Positions 43,258-53,179 of a DNA stretch of 64,000 bases are shown here, in pieces. Below the pieces are notes generated by a model, which searched no databases, was not told where the DNA came from, and worked only from the letters and a program-made list of their open reading frames with translations. This DNA is from Acholeplasmataceae bacterium (GTDB lineage Bacteria > Bacillota_I > Bacilli_A > Acholeplasmatales > Acholeplasmataceae), in the NCBI GenBank assembly GCA_963675245.1, contig OY775910.1, positions 608,001-672,000 on the forward strand, written 5' to 3'. Every line of letters begins with the position of its first letter. Position 1 is the first letter of the stretch. Made by a program: the position numbers and the translations under genes.

Positions 43258-46200
43258 TTAAGAATATAAAAAATCTTCTAAGAATTTATCGAATAAATAT
43301 AGCCAGTGTTGTCTTTGTCCTTTTGTCGACATCGTCATGTGAATATGTCCTTTCACATAACTTAATCCAATACGTGGTTTAAATACTTGAGCACGTTCAA
43401 ATAATTTCTTTCCGTCAATTTTCTCATTTGCTTCTCTAGATAAAATAAGCGTTGTATCATTTACCCCTACAATCGTCTTATGTGCATAGACTTTTGCTGA
43501 TAATTTTTTAAATAGCTTTTCATACATATATAATAACAAATCTACATCTAAAGCGCCATAGCGGTCAGTGAGTTCGTCTTTCAAATCTTCTACATCTGCC
43601 ACTAAATTTAAATCAGCAATTCTCTTATGAATTTCAATACGAGCACTATCTAAATTAACATATTCTGGATCCACGTGTCTCGCTGCGAAAACCTGTTCGA
43701 CTGTGGTTGGTTTTTCTTGTTCTAAAGATTGTCCGGTAACGGCTTCTTCCAATAATTTCATATAGAGCTCAATACCAACACTGTTAATAAACCCAGATTG
43801 TTCAGCGCCAAGAATATCACCTGCACCACGAATAGATAGATCTCTTAACGCGATCTTATACCCACTGCCAAGTGCTGTAAAATCTTCAATCGCGTGTAAT
43901 CTTTTTTTCGCTTCATCATTAATAATCTTTGATGGCTCATAAAGTAAATAAGCATAAGCGATTCGATCACTTCTACCGACGCGTCCTCGAATTTGATAAA
44001 GTTGTGATAATCCTAATCTATCTGCATCGTGAATGATAAGTGTGTTGGTGTTTGGAATATCAACACCTGTTTCAATGATCGTGGTTGATACTAAAATATC
44101 GTAGCGATGTTCAATAAAATCTGATAACGTATTTTCTAGTTGATCTCGGTTCATCTTTCCGTGAGCATAAGCAATTCTAGCTTCAGGAACTAATTTATTT
44201 AATCGTTGAACGATACCTTCCATGCCACGAACGCGATTAAATAAATAGAATATTTGTCCGCCGCGAGCAATCTCACGTTCAATCGCTTCTTTAATTAATG
44301 CGTTTTGTCTTTCTACAACATATGTTTGAACAGGATATCTATTCAACGGTGGTGTTTCAATCATGGATAAATCTTTTAGACCCATCAAAGACATTTGTAG
44401 TGTTCTTGGAATTGGGGTCGCACTTAATGTCAATGTATCAACGTTTTGTTTACTCTCTCTGATTTTTTCTTTATGTTCTACACCGAAACGTTGTTCTTCG
44501 TCAATAATTAATAATCCTAAATCCTTAAATTTAATATCAGATGATAAAAGACGGTGTGTTCCAATCACAACATCCACGTAACCTTTTTCCAAATGATCAA
44601 GCACTTCTTTTTGAACTTTTGGTGTCACAAACCTACTCATTAAAGCAATGTTCGCACCATACTTATCAAAGCGTTCTTTAAACGTGTAGTAGTGTTGTCT
44701 TGCGAGCACTGTTGTAGGTACTAAGTAAAGCACTTGTTTTTGACTGAGTACAGCTTTAAATGCTGCTCTTAATGCAACTTCGGTTTTCCCAAATCCAACA
44801 TCGCCGCAAATCAATCGATCCATAGGTTTATCTGATTCCATGTCGTGTTTCGTTTGTAGTACAGCCCGTTCTTGGTCTCTTGTAGTTGTATAGATGAAAT
44901 CCCGTTCAAATGCTTCTTGCATTTCTGTATCCTTCGCAAACGAAAAACCTTTACTTTGATCTCTAAGGGCATAGAGTTTTACCAGGCGATCACTTAAATC
45001 TTTAATCTTCATTCTAACGCTGGCTTTTGTCTTTGTCCACGTTTTACCACCAAGCTTTGATAATGCTGGATGAGCACCTTCATAGCTGCTATACTTTAAT
45101 ACCATGTCAATTTGATCCATCGGTACATACAACGCTTCTTCATTTGCATAGATGATATGCAAATAATCTCTTTTTGCACCACTTAACTCCATCGTCTTTA
45201 GTCCAACATATTGACCGATACCATAATCATAGTGAACAACAAAATCACCAACAGATAAATCATCGACTGTTCTTATCTTTGTTGATTGGTTTAAAACACT
45301 ACGATATCTAATCGCCTTACGTGTCCTATAACTAAAGAGTTGTGATTCATCAATCACGATGAGTTGATCATTTGCTGATCTAAATGCACCATAAGCATTT
45401 TCGTTTAACAAATAAAAACCAGGTTTATCTGAAAGTTTTTCATTAAGTTTATCTTTATCTTTAAAAAATGATTTTAACTGTAACCGATAATGTGTATTAG
45501 TGACAAAGAAAATAATACGATAATCTTTTATGTCATACAAAAAATCTTGGTAGCATAACGCAAGATTCCCATGATATTCATTAATATTTGTTACATTTAA
45601 AGATTCTCCTTTATCCCTTGTTAAAGATAAATTCTCAATTTCAATATGTGGTTTTTTCAATTGTCTTGATAATGATATTCTAGCAGGAATGTCTAAAAAA
45701 CTTCTCCCATTCATCGTTACAGCATAGGTGTCCAAATCGCTTATCATGTGTTCTTCATTAATTAGCATCTTAGAGACATCAACAAATACACTGTCAAATT
45801 CAGACGTAAAATCAAACAGCGTCGTTTCTTGTGAATTGAAGAATGGTACATATAAATTAAGTGAGTCAAGATTGTGTCTCATCTCAATTGCTTCTATATC
45901 TGTTTCAAGTTTATCCTTTTCTCGTTCGGATAAAGATTTACCTTCAAAAAACTTGTTGATTTTCTTAATTGCCTTTTGTTTCATCTCATCCGTAAAGAAT
46001 AATTCATGTATTGGTGCAAACTCGACTTTATCAATCGATTGAAAACTCCGTTGTGTATCGACCATGAATTTCTTTATTTCATCTAATTCATCACCAAAAA
46101 AATCAAGACGATAGGGATGTTCGTCATCAAACGTATAAAAGTCTAATATATTTCCTCGGACACTAAATTCGCCGGGATTTTCAACCGTGAATGTTCTTTG

Positions 46201-46656
46201 ATAACCGCCATAAATTAAAAAGGTAATTAAATCTTCCATCTGATATGTTTGATGTACTTCGATTGTTTTTACACTTTTTTTGTAATCTTCTGGTGTGAGT
46301 TGTCGCTGCATAATACCATGCATTGTCGTTATAACAACAAAAGGTTTACCTGTCATTAATTGTTTTAAGGTAAACATTCTTTCACTCTTAAATTCGGGAC
46401 TGCCTAAAGCCATCATCGCTGTTAACGTTTGATCAGATGGGTAAAAGAGAACATCTTCACTAGCAAGCAACTGTGATAACACATCGTAATATTTTTGAGC
46501 TTCATAAAGATTTGCAAGTACGACAAAAATAGTGCGTTTTTGATCAAGAAAAGATTTCGCAATCATATACGCATTATAAGTATCGTTTGAATGTTTTAAG
46601 TATGTTGTCTTATTATGTACTTTCCAAGCTGGATGTAACTTTATAAACTCAAGCAT
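43258..46656 (-). CDS. mfd: Transcription-repair coupling factor
   Basis: GDVGFGKTEVA, DEEQRFG, SATPIPRT, QIRGRVGR, DLSIRGAG. Confidence 0.97.
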   Translation of the reverse strand: MLEFIKLHPAWKVHNKTTYLKHSNDTYNAYMIAKSFLDQKRTIFVVLANLYEAQKYYDVLSQLLASEDVLFYPSDQTLTAMMALGSPEFKSERMFTLKQLMTGKPFVVITTMHGIMQRQLTPEDYKKSVKTIEVHQTYQMEDLITFLIYGGYQRTFTVENPGEFSVRGNILDFYTFDDEHPYRLDFFGDELDEIKKFMVDTQRSFQSIDKVEFAPIHELFFTDEMKQKAIKKINKFFEGKSLSEREKDKLETDIEAIEMRHNLDSLNLYVPFFNSQETTLFDFTSEFDSVFVDVSKMLINEEHMISDLDTYAVTMNGRSFLDIPARISLSRQLKKPHIEIENLSLTRDKGESLNVTNINEYHGNLALCYQDFLYDIKDYRIIFFVTNTHYRLQLKSFFKDKDKLNEKLSDKPGFYLLNENAYGAFRSANDQLIVIDESQLFSYRTRKAIRYRSVLNQSTKIRTVDDLSVGDFVVHYDYGIGQYVGLKTMELSGAKRDYLHIIYANEEALYVPMDQIDMVLKYSSYEGAHPALSKLGGKTWTKTKASVRMKIKDLSDRLVKLYALRDQSKGFSFAKDTEMQEAFERDFIYTTTRDQERAVLQTKHDMESDKPMDRLICGDVGFGKTEVALRAAFKAVLSQKQVLYLVPTTVLARQHYYTFKERFDKYGANIALMSRFVTPKVQKEVLDHLEKGYVDVVIGTHRLLSSDIKFKDLGLLIIDEEQRFGVEHKEKIRESKQNVDTLTLSATPIPRTLQMSLMGLKDLSMIETPPLNRYPVQTYVVERQNALIKEAIEREIARGGQIFYLFNRVRGMEGIVQRLNKLVPEARIAYAHGKMNRDQLENTLSDFIEHRYDILVSTTIIETGVDIPNTNTLIIHDADRLGLSQLYQIRGRVGRSDRIAYAYLLYEPSKIINDEAKKRLHAIEDFTALGSGYKIALRDLSIRGAGDILGAEQSGFINSVGIELYMKLLEEAVTGQSLEQEKPTTVEQVFAARHVDPEYVNLDSARIEIHKRIADLNLVADVEDLKDELTDRYGALDVDLLLYMYEKLFKKLSAKVYAHKTIVGVNDTTLILSREANEKIDGKKLFERAQVFKPRIGLSYVKGHIHMTMSTKGQRQHWLYLFDKFLEDFLYS

Positions 46657-46687
46657 GTTTGCTCCTATATAGAATGAAAACCCAAAC

Positions 46688-47257
46688 CTATGTTTGGGTA
46701 TTGTATGTCGTCATGATATCTGTGAATGGTTTGTTATTTATAAAATCATCAATTATATTTACACATGTTAATACAGCGAGATCGATTGATATCGCTTCAT
46801 TTTTAGTGAATGTGCCCAAAACATAATGTTCAAGTGGCATAGATGTATTATTATCAACACCAATCCTCACACGTTTAAACTGGTTTGTTTTAAACAATCC
46901 AACGATACTTCTTAAACCGTTATGTCCGCCATGTCCACCGAATTGTCTTAATCTTAATCTTCCAGTTTCAAGATTAACATCATCAACAAAAACCAACACA
47001 TCATCTAAATCAATATCAAAATATTGTACTGCTTTTAAAATTGCTTGTCCTGATAAGTTCATATAAGTAACCGGTTTAAGGAAAATAACTTTTTCTCCTT
47101 GAATGGTTGTTTGACAAATGTCTGCTTCGAATCGCATATCTAATTTAGGTTTTTCATTCAAGTGCTTTAAATAAGCATCTATCACCATAAAACCGACATT
47201 ATGTCTTGTATTATCATATTTTTTGCCAGGATTGCCAAGCCCAACAACTAACTTCAT
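46688..47257 (-). CDS. pth: Peptidyl-tRNA hydrolase
   Basis: GLGNPG, TRHNVGF, YMNLSG, GHNG. Confidence 0.97.
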   Translation of the reverse strand: MKLVVGLGNPGKKYDNTRHNVGFMVIDAYLKHLNEKPKLDMRFEADICQTTIQGEKVIFLKPVTYMNLSGQAILKAVQYFDIDLDDVLVFVDDVNLETGRLRLRQFGGHGGHNGLRSIVGLFKTNQFKRVRIGVDNNTSMPLEHYVLGTFTKNEAISIDLAVLTCVNIIDDFINNKPFTDIMTTYNTQT

Positions 47258-48240
47258 TAATCCGCCTCAGCATGTGAGATGCGATCGAATATTTGGCTAA
47301 TTGGTTCATCTTTAATAATATGGAGAATGGATAGTCCTAAAAGTGGTCCAATAGATAGTTGTTTAATTTTTGATGCGTTCGCTTTAATTTCAGCTGGTAA
47401 ACAAATGGTATCTGTAACAACAATTTGTTTGACAATAGAATCTTGTAACATTTGAACCGCGTTACCGGAGAAAACACCATGTGTGGCAGCAACATAAACG
47501 TCTTCTGCGCCCGCTTCTTTAAGTGCGTTTGCACCTGCAATGATTGTGCCACCAGTGTCAATGATATCATCAACCATAATGGCGTTTTTACCTTTGACAT
47601 CACCAATAATGTTCATGACTTCAGCTTTATTTGGCTCAGGTCTTCTTTTATCGATGATTGCAAGCGGCGCATCTAGAATTCTTGCAAATATTCTTGCACG
47701 TGTTACGCCACCGTGATCTGGTGACACAACAACGATGTCGTTTAATTTTTTATGGTGTTCAAAATAATCAGCAAGTAAAGGTGTGGCTGGGAAATTATCA
47801 ATCGGTACGTCAAAGAAACCTTGGATTTGCGCTGCATGTAGATCCATACAAATTAATCTGTTAATACCTGCAACTCTCAACATATCTGCGATTAATTTTG
47901 CCGTGATTGGTTGTCTTGACTTTGATTTACGGTCTTGTCTTGAATAACCATAATATGGCATAATAACTGTTACGGATTTTGCTGATGCACGTTTTAAGGC
48001 ATCGACTAAAATCAACAGTTCCATTAAATGTCTGTTTGCCGGTGATGACGTTGATTGGATGACGAATACATGGTGTCCACGAACACTCTCTTCGATATTG
48101 ACTGTGATTTCTCCGTCTGCAAATTCAACGACTTCAGCTGTACTGATTTCAATGCCTGCTGCTTTAGATATTTCTTCTGCTAGTGGTTTATTTGAGCTTA
48201 ACGCAAATAATTTGGTCTTTTTCCCGAACACAATTGACAT
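47257..48240 (-). CDS. prs: Ribose-phosphate pyrophosphokinase
   Basis: YSRQDRK, DLHA.QIQGFF, VSPDHGG, VDDIIDTGGT. Confidence 0.97.
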   Translation of the reverse strand: MSIVFGKKTKLFALSSNKPLAEEISKAAGIEISTAEVVEFADGEITVNIEESVRGHHVFVIQSTSSPANRHLMELLILVDALKRASAKSVTVIMPYYGYSRQDRKSKSRQPITAKLIADMLRVAGINRLICMDLHAAQIQGFFDVPIDNFPATPLLADYFEHHKKLNDIVVVSPDHGGVTRARIFARILDAPLAIIDKRRPEPNKAEVMNIIGDVKGKNAIMVDDIIDTGGTIIAGANALKEAGAEDVYVAATHGVFSGNAVQMLQDSIVKQIVVTDTICLPAEIKANASKIKQLSIGPLLGLSILHIIKDEPISQIFDRISHAEAD

Positions 48241-48312
48241 GTTAAACACCCCTTTAATTTCTATAATCTATTATACATGATTTTACTGAATATTTTTAAG
48301 CTTAGCATTAAA

Positions 48313-48347
48313 AAAAAGTCTTTTTGCAGACACATGCAAAAAGACTT
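48313..48347 (-). terminator. Intrinsic terminator after spoVG
   Basis: AAGTCTTTTTGCA...TGCAAAAGACTT with flanking A-run. Confidence 0.7.
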
Positions 48348-48380
48348 CTGTTTAACTACTTAATTTGGCTTTTATTACAC

Positions 48381-48659
48381 CTATTCGCCATCTGATTCAG
48401 GTGATTCTAAAAGCTCTTGATATGCGTTAACGATTGCATCTTCAATCAACTTACGCATTTCACCGTGAATTGGATGTGCAATATCTCTAAACGTGCCATT
48501 CGGTGTCTTTTTACTTGGCATCGCAACAAACAATCCATTTTCTCCCTCAATAATGCGAATGTCGTGGACGACGAAACTATCATCGAAAGTGATGGTAGCA
48601 ACCCCTCTTAAGCGACTTTCACTGTTTACAACTTTAACTCTAACATCCGTGATTTTCAT
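48381..48659 (-). CDS. spoVG: SpoVG RNA/DNA-binding protein
   Basis: MKITDVRV, FVVHDIRII.G..GLFVAMPS, FRDIAHPI; start after GGAGGG. Confidence 0.95.
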   Translation of the reverse strand: MKITDVRVKVVNSESRLRGVATITFDDSFVVHDIRIIEGENGLFVAMPSKKTPNGTFRDIAHPIHGEMRKLIEDAIVNAYQELLESPESDGE

Positions 48660-48724
48660 TATGCCCTCCAAGACGTTTGTTATACCGTAATTATAACATA
48701 ACGATATGGCTAAGTTAAGGTATT

Positions 48725-49546
48725 TCAATCAATTAAGGCTGTTTTGATGACTTTTCTCTCTGAAATCTTCTCAATTTCGTCTAAATTAAGATTTTTTTTG
48801 AAAAATTCGACAATAAATAGCGTTGAACCACTGCCGGTCATGTATGCGTTTTTATAGTGTTTTTTTAGATTCATGTAGGCGTTTTTCAGTGTTTTATCGA
48901 GCGAAAATGCAGTTTCTAATAAATCATTATATGTGTATTTGAAGAATGCTTTGAAGTCCTTATTCTTATATGAAAACAGTAGCGCTTCAAAAGTTGTTTT
49001 ATGGTCCTTTTTGATAAAATTTTCAAATGATTCTCTAGTGGAAATAGGATGATCTGAAATGCATAAATAGATGTTTTTGATAACTGGATTTTCGAGGAAT
49101 TCAAGATGCTCACCACGACCACTGACATAGGCTGTTTTATTGTATAAACAAAACAATGTATCAGAACCTAAAGAGAGTGCTATTTTTTCCATTTCATCTT
49201 GATTTAAATTAAGTTCCCATAATGCGTTCAATCCTCTGATGGTTGCTGCTATATCTGCAGACTCTCCTCCTAAACCACTTCCAATCGGAATATGCTTGTT
49301 TAATGTGATGTGTGCGCCGTGTTCTACGTGATATATTTCTTTCATAAGCTTTGCTGTTTTTAGAATCGCATTATCAAAAATGTGAGTTTCACTTTCAAGC
49401 ATCAATTCTTCTGATGGTTGAAAAGTAAGTATATCAGATAATTTTAGTGGTACAACAATCATGTTTAAATCATGATACCCATCTACTCTTTTACCAACAA
49501 CGTCTAATGCAAGATTAAGTTTCGCATATGCATGCTCAATAATCAT
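48725..49546 (-). CDS. ispE: CDP-ME kinase
   Basis: AKLNLALDV, IPIGSGLGGESAD, GSD, MTGSGST. Confidence 0.92.
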   Translation of the reverse strand: MIIEHAYAKLNLALDVVGKRVDGYHDLNMIVVPLKLSDILTFQPSEELMLESETHIFDNAILKTAKLMKEIYHVEHGAHITLNKHIPIGSGLGGESADIAATIRGLNALWELNLNQDEMEKIALSLGSDTLFCLYNKTAYVSGRGEHLEFLENPVIKNIYLCISDHPISTRESFENFIKKDHKTTFEALLFSYKNKDFKAFFKYTYNDLLETAFSLDKTLKNAYMNLKKHYKNAYMTGSGSTLFIVEFFKKNLNLDEIEKISERKVIKTALID

Positions 49547-50315
49547 ATGGCCAACTCCTTGCAATATTAATAAATGTATTCATATCAATTTGTTCTGCAC
49601 GTACATTTTGATTTAAGTTGTTGTTTTCAAGGAATCGTTTCAATTCGTCTTTGGACACGTTAAATGCTTGATGCAAATTGTTGATTAATGTTTTTCTTTT
49701 TTGCTTGAACGCTGCTTTAACAATACTAAAAAACTTAATTTCCTCATCACCCTGTAATGCACGTTTATCATATTTTTCAATTCTAAACACGGCACTATCA
49801 ACATTAGGAACTGGATAAAACAATTTTCTACTCACATTCATCATTCGCGTCGCTTTAGCATAATATTGAACAAGTATCGAAAGTGCGTTATACGCTTTTG
49901 AATTTGGTACAGCTAATAATCTATCGCTTACTTCACGTTGAATCATTAATGAAGCGGTTTTAATTTGCTCTGATTCTAATAGCTTGAATAAAATAGGTGT
50001 CGTGATATAGTATGGTACGTTAGCCACAACATGAAAAGAACCTTCTGGTATAACTGCGGTCATGAAATCTTCATATTTTATCTCAACGTGATCAAGCTCT
50101 TCAAATTGTTTTAAAAATACACTTAATTGCTTATCGATTTCGTACGCTATAACTCGCTTCGCTCTCAATACTAAAAATTGAGTTAAAGCCCCTTGTCCTG
50201 GCCCAACTTCAATCACGTCTTTTCCATCAATATGTGAGTTTGTAACAATCTTCTCAAGTAAATTCTTATCCCTTAAGAAGTTTTGCCCAAATCTTTTTTT
50301 AGGTTGATGATTCAT
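49536..50315 (-). CDS. rsmA: 16S rRNA dimethyladenosine transferase
   Basis: KKRFGQNFL, EVGPGQG, ANVPYYIT. Confidence 0.96.
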   Translation of the reverse strand: MNHQPKKRFGQNFLRDKNLLEKIVTNSHIDGKDVIEVGPGQGALTQFLVLRAKRVIAYEIDKQLSVFLKQFEELDHVEIKYEDFMTAVIPEGSFHVVANVPYYITTPILFKLLESEQIKTASLMIQREVSDRLLAVPNSKAYNALSILVQYYAKATRMMNVSRKLFYPVPNVDSAVFRIEKYDKRALQGDEEIKFFSIVKAAFKQKRKTLINNLHQAFNVSKDELKRFLENNNLNQNVRAEQIDMNTFINIARSWPYDY

Positions 50316-50841
50316 TCATAACCTCTTTTATTCTTTCTTCTGTAATATTAAATAACTCAAGTCTTGTTTTTAACGTTTTCCCGTTTACATGACCCAAATG
50401 GAGTTTATCTGAAACATAATCTCTTAATTTTTTACTATTTCTGTGACCTATCAATCCACACGAATATAAAAAGTGCATTGATATCAGATGTTTATCGTTC
50501 ATTACTAATTGCATATGTTTAAGTGCGTAAAGAATATCATCTTTACTTGCATGTTCAATGCCAATCTTTTTTTGGTTTTTACTGATTGCAAGCTCCTGTT
50601 TTAAAAAAGCATGATGAACATGTTTTAGATCTTTTGATACAATTTGTCTAATTCGCTGACCTGCATAATCGGGATCTGTGAAAACAATAAGATCGTGTGC
50701 TTCATCAAGTGCGTTAATAAGTTTTAACGTTTTATCACTTATGTCACTACCGTTTGTTGTTATGACTTCAATGTCACCTAACACTTCTTTCAGTTTAGCG
50801 GCGTCATGTTGTCCTTCAACAATAAATACTTGTTTTCTCAT
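50299..50841 (-). CDS. rnmV: Ribonuclease M5
   Basis: IVEG..D, FTDPDYAG, GIEHAS; upstream of rsmA. Confidence 0.92.
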   Translation of the reverse strand: MRKQVFIVEGQHDAAKLKEVLGDIEVITTNGSDISDKTLKLINALDEAHDLIVFTDPDYAGQRIRQIVSKDLKHVHHAFLKQELAISKNQKKIGIEHASKDDILYALKHMQLVMNDKHLISMHFLYSCGLIGHRNSKKLRDYVSDKLHLGHVNGKTLKTRLELFNITEERIKEVMNESST

Positions 50842-52040
50842 TTGTCCTCACGATAAAAGAATTTATGGTCTGTTCTAACACCAGTTAAGATAAGTCCTCT
50901 AATGATTCTCGATTCTTCTTGTAGTGTTGAAACGGTACCATCGGGTAATAAAATATGAATTTGATTACCAAGTTCTTCTTCACTGTATGTTAAGTTCTCA
51001 ATGGTTCTTGACGTTGTAAAATATGAACGTTCAAGATCGTTATATCGCTTTTTGATCTCATTAATCTCTTCCTGATGTTCATCATCATTATCCACATATT
51101 TCCAAATGTTGCGATTCATAAAGTCATCTGAAAGTTTTCTTAAAATATCATCTTTAGTGTCTAAGAAACTGGCGATTAATCCATTCATATAAAAATCATC
51201 AATTTTAATATAACTTTCTAAATCATTTGGATTTTTAATAATGGCTTTCATCGGTTCAATATCAACTTTAAATTCATACCCTTCGAGACAAAGATCTTTG
51301 ACTCGCTTATAAATTTTTTCAAGTACAATCTCATAAGCTCTAGAAACCGGATGATAATATACTTGCCAGTACATATGATATCTGCTAATCAAATAGTTTT
51401 CAATCGCGTGTACACCGCTCTTTTTATAAACGATTTTACCGTCTTTGATGCGCATAACTCGCATGAGTCTATCTAAATCAATATGACCATAAGAAACACC
51501 TGTAAAATAGGCATCTCTTTCAAGATAGTCTAGACGATCAATATCTAACTGACTAGAAATCAATTGTTCGATGAGTGGGTATTTTCTTTTTTTTAAGATA
51601 ACACCTGCAACATCACTTGCAAATGTATCATCTACTTGATCTAAAACACTTTTAAGTTCTTTGTTTTCAATGATTAATCTCGCACCAATATGTTCATGGT
51701 TTGTATGAAAAATATCTTCAAAAGCATGTGAATAGGCACCATGTCCCAAATCATGTAATAACGCAGCACATAAAAGGATAGCTTCTTCCCGTGTGTTCAT
51801 CACATCTTTCAAATCAGATGTTAGTAAAAAACGATGTGCTACCTCATATGCACCCAAGCTATGTGAAAATCTAGAATGTTCTGCACCATGAAAAACCATT
51901 TGTACGCCACTTAATTGTCTTACTCTTCTCAAGCGTTGAAAAATACTCGTGTCGATGATTTTTTTTACAATATCATAATCAACATGAATATACCCATAAA
52001 TAGGATCTTTCATAACTTGTTCTCTTGCTAATTTTTTCAT
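50838..52040 (-). CDS. HD-domain phosphohydrolase (YwfO/dNTPase-like)
   Basis: HSRFSHSLG, LLHDLGHG, DIDRLDYL.RD, MYWQVYYH. Confidence 0.9.
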   Translation of the reverse strand: MKKLAREQVMKDPIYGYIHVDYDIVKKIIDTSIFQRLRRVRQLSGVQMVFHGAEHSRFSHSLGAYEVAHRFLLTSDLKDVMNTREEAILLCAALLHDLGHGAYSHAFEDIFHTNHEHIGARLIIENKELKSVLDQVDDTFASDVAGVILKKRKYPLIEQLISSQLDIDRLDYLERDAYFTGVSYGHIDLDRLMRVMRIKDGKIVYKKSGVHAIENYLISRYHMYWQVYYHPVSRAYEIVLEKIYKRVKDLCLEGYEFKVDIEPMKAIIKNPNDLESYIKIDDFYMNGLIASFLDTKDDILRKLSDDFMNRNIWKYVDNDDEHQEEINEIKKRYNDLERSYFTTSRTIENLTYSEEELGNQIHILLPDGTVSTLQEESRIIRGLILTGVRTDHKFFYREDK

Positions 52041-52076
52041 ATATTCACCACCATGCAAAAAAGTGCCATCAGGCAC

Positions 52077-52667
52077 TTATTCGTTAATTGTGTATGACTT
52101 GATGAGTTCGACTTCATCGCCTGTTCTTAATAAGAATGCACTACCATCATCTGTATCTAAATGACAGTCTAAACGGAATTTAGGGCTAACACGACATAAT
52201 ACGCTATCAAGTATGCCTGGTTTTTCCCCACCGATTTTAATGCTGACTAGTTGACGGTCCTCAACACCAAATTCTTTAGCTTCTTCATCAGAAAAATGAA
52301 TGTGGCGATCTGCAATGATGACGCCTTCACTAAGTTCTACTTGACCTTCTGGTCCAACAAGTGTGCATGCGCCAGATCCTTTAACATCTCCTGATGATCT
52401 TACTGGTGCACTAAATTTAAAACGTAATGCATCACTTTTAGATATTTCTACTTGAGACGCTGGGCGTACTGGTCCTAAGATACGAACGCCACTTAATGTT
52501 TTTCCTTCAGGACTAACAACATCAACTTTTTCGTTAGCTGCGTATTGTCCTGGTTGGCTTAAATCTTTTAAAACTGTTAACTCAAATCCTTTTCCAAAAA
52601 GGACTTCAAGATGTTCTTTGGTGACATGTATATGTCTTCCAGAGATTCCTACTGGTATTTTTTTCAC
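52077..52667 (-). CDS. pduL: PduL-type phosphotransacylase
   Basis: ISGRHIH, LSQPGQYA, RILGP.R..SQVEIS, RHIH, HLDTDD. Confidence 0.9.
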   Translation of the reverse strand: MKKIPVGISGRHIHVTKEHLEVLFGKGFELTVLKDLSQPGQYAANEKVDVVSPEGKTLSGVRILGPVRPASQVEISKSDALRFKFSAPVRSSGDVKGSGACTLVGPEGQVELSEGVIIADRHIHFSDEEAKEFGVEDRQLVSIKIGGEKPGILDSVLCRVSPKFRLDCHLDTDDGSAFLLRTGDEVELIKSYTINE

Positions 52668-52762
52668 TTTGTCTTCCTCCTACATACGGTGACATTATAA
52701 CATTTCGAGGCTATCATTTCAATTAAATTATGGTAGAATGAGGCTAGGAAAGAGGTGTTTTT

Positions 52763-53179
52763 ATGCCAACGATTTTCGAAAAGATAATCGCTCGAGAAAT
52801 TCCCGCTCATATCGTCTATGAAGATGACTTAGCTATCGCCTTCTTGGATATATCCCAGGCGACTAAAGGTCATACGTTGATTGTCCCTAAATCGGCCTAT
52901 CCAAATCTTTATGAAATGCCGGATGCTTTGGCTGGTCATATCATGGGAGTGGCTATCAAAGTCGCAAACGCTATTAAACGTGCATTCGAGCCAGAAGGCT
53001 TAAATCTTTTAAGTAATACTGGGACCATTGCCGGTCAATCCGTCTTTCACTTTCACATTCATCTTATCCCAAGATATGAAAAAGATGACATTGGCTTATC
53101 TTTCACATTTCATCAAGATGAATTAACCGTGGAAGATTATAAAGAAAGAGCCGAACGCATTAGAGCGGCTCTATCGTAA
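52763..53179 (+). CDS. HIT-family hydrolase
   Basis: HFHIHLIPR histidine triad. Confidence 0.93.
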   Translation: MPTIFEKIIAREIPAHIVYEDDLAIAFLDISQATKGHTLIVPKSAYPNLYEMPDALAGHIMGVAIKVANAIKRAFEPEGLNLLSNTGTIAGQSVFHFHIHLIPRYEKDDIGLSFTFHQDELTVEDYKERAERIRAALS

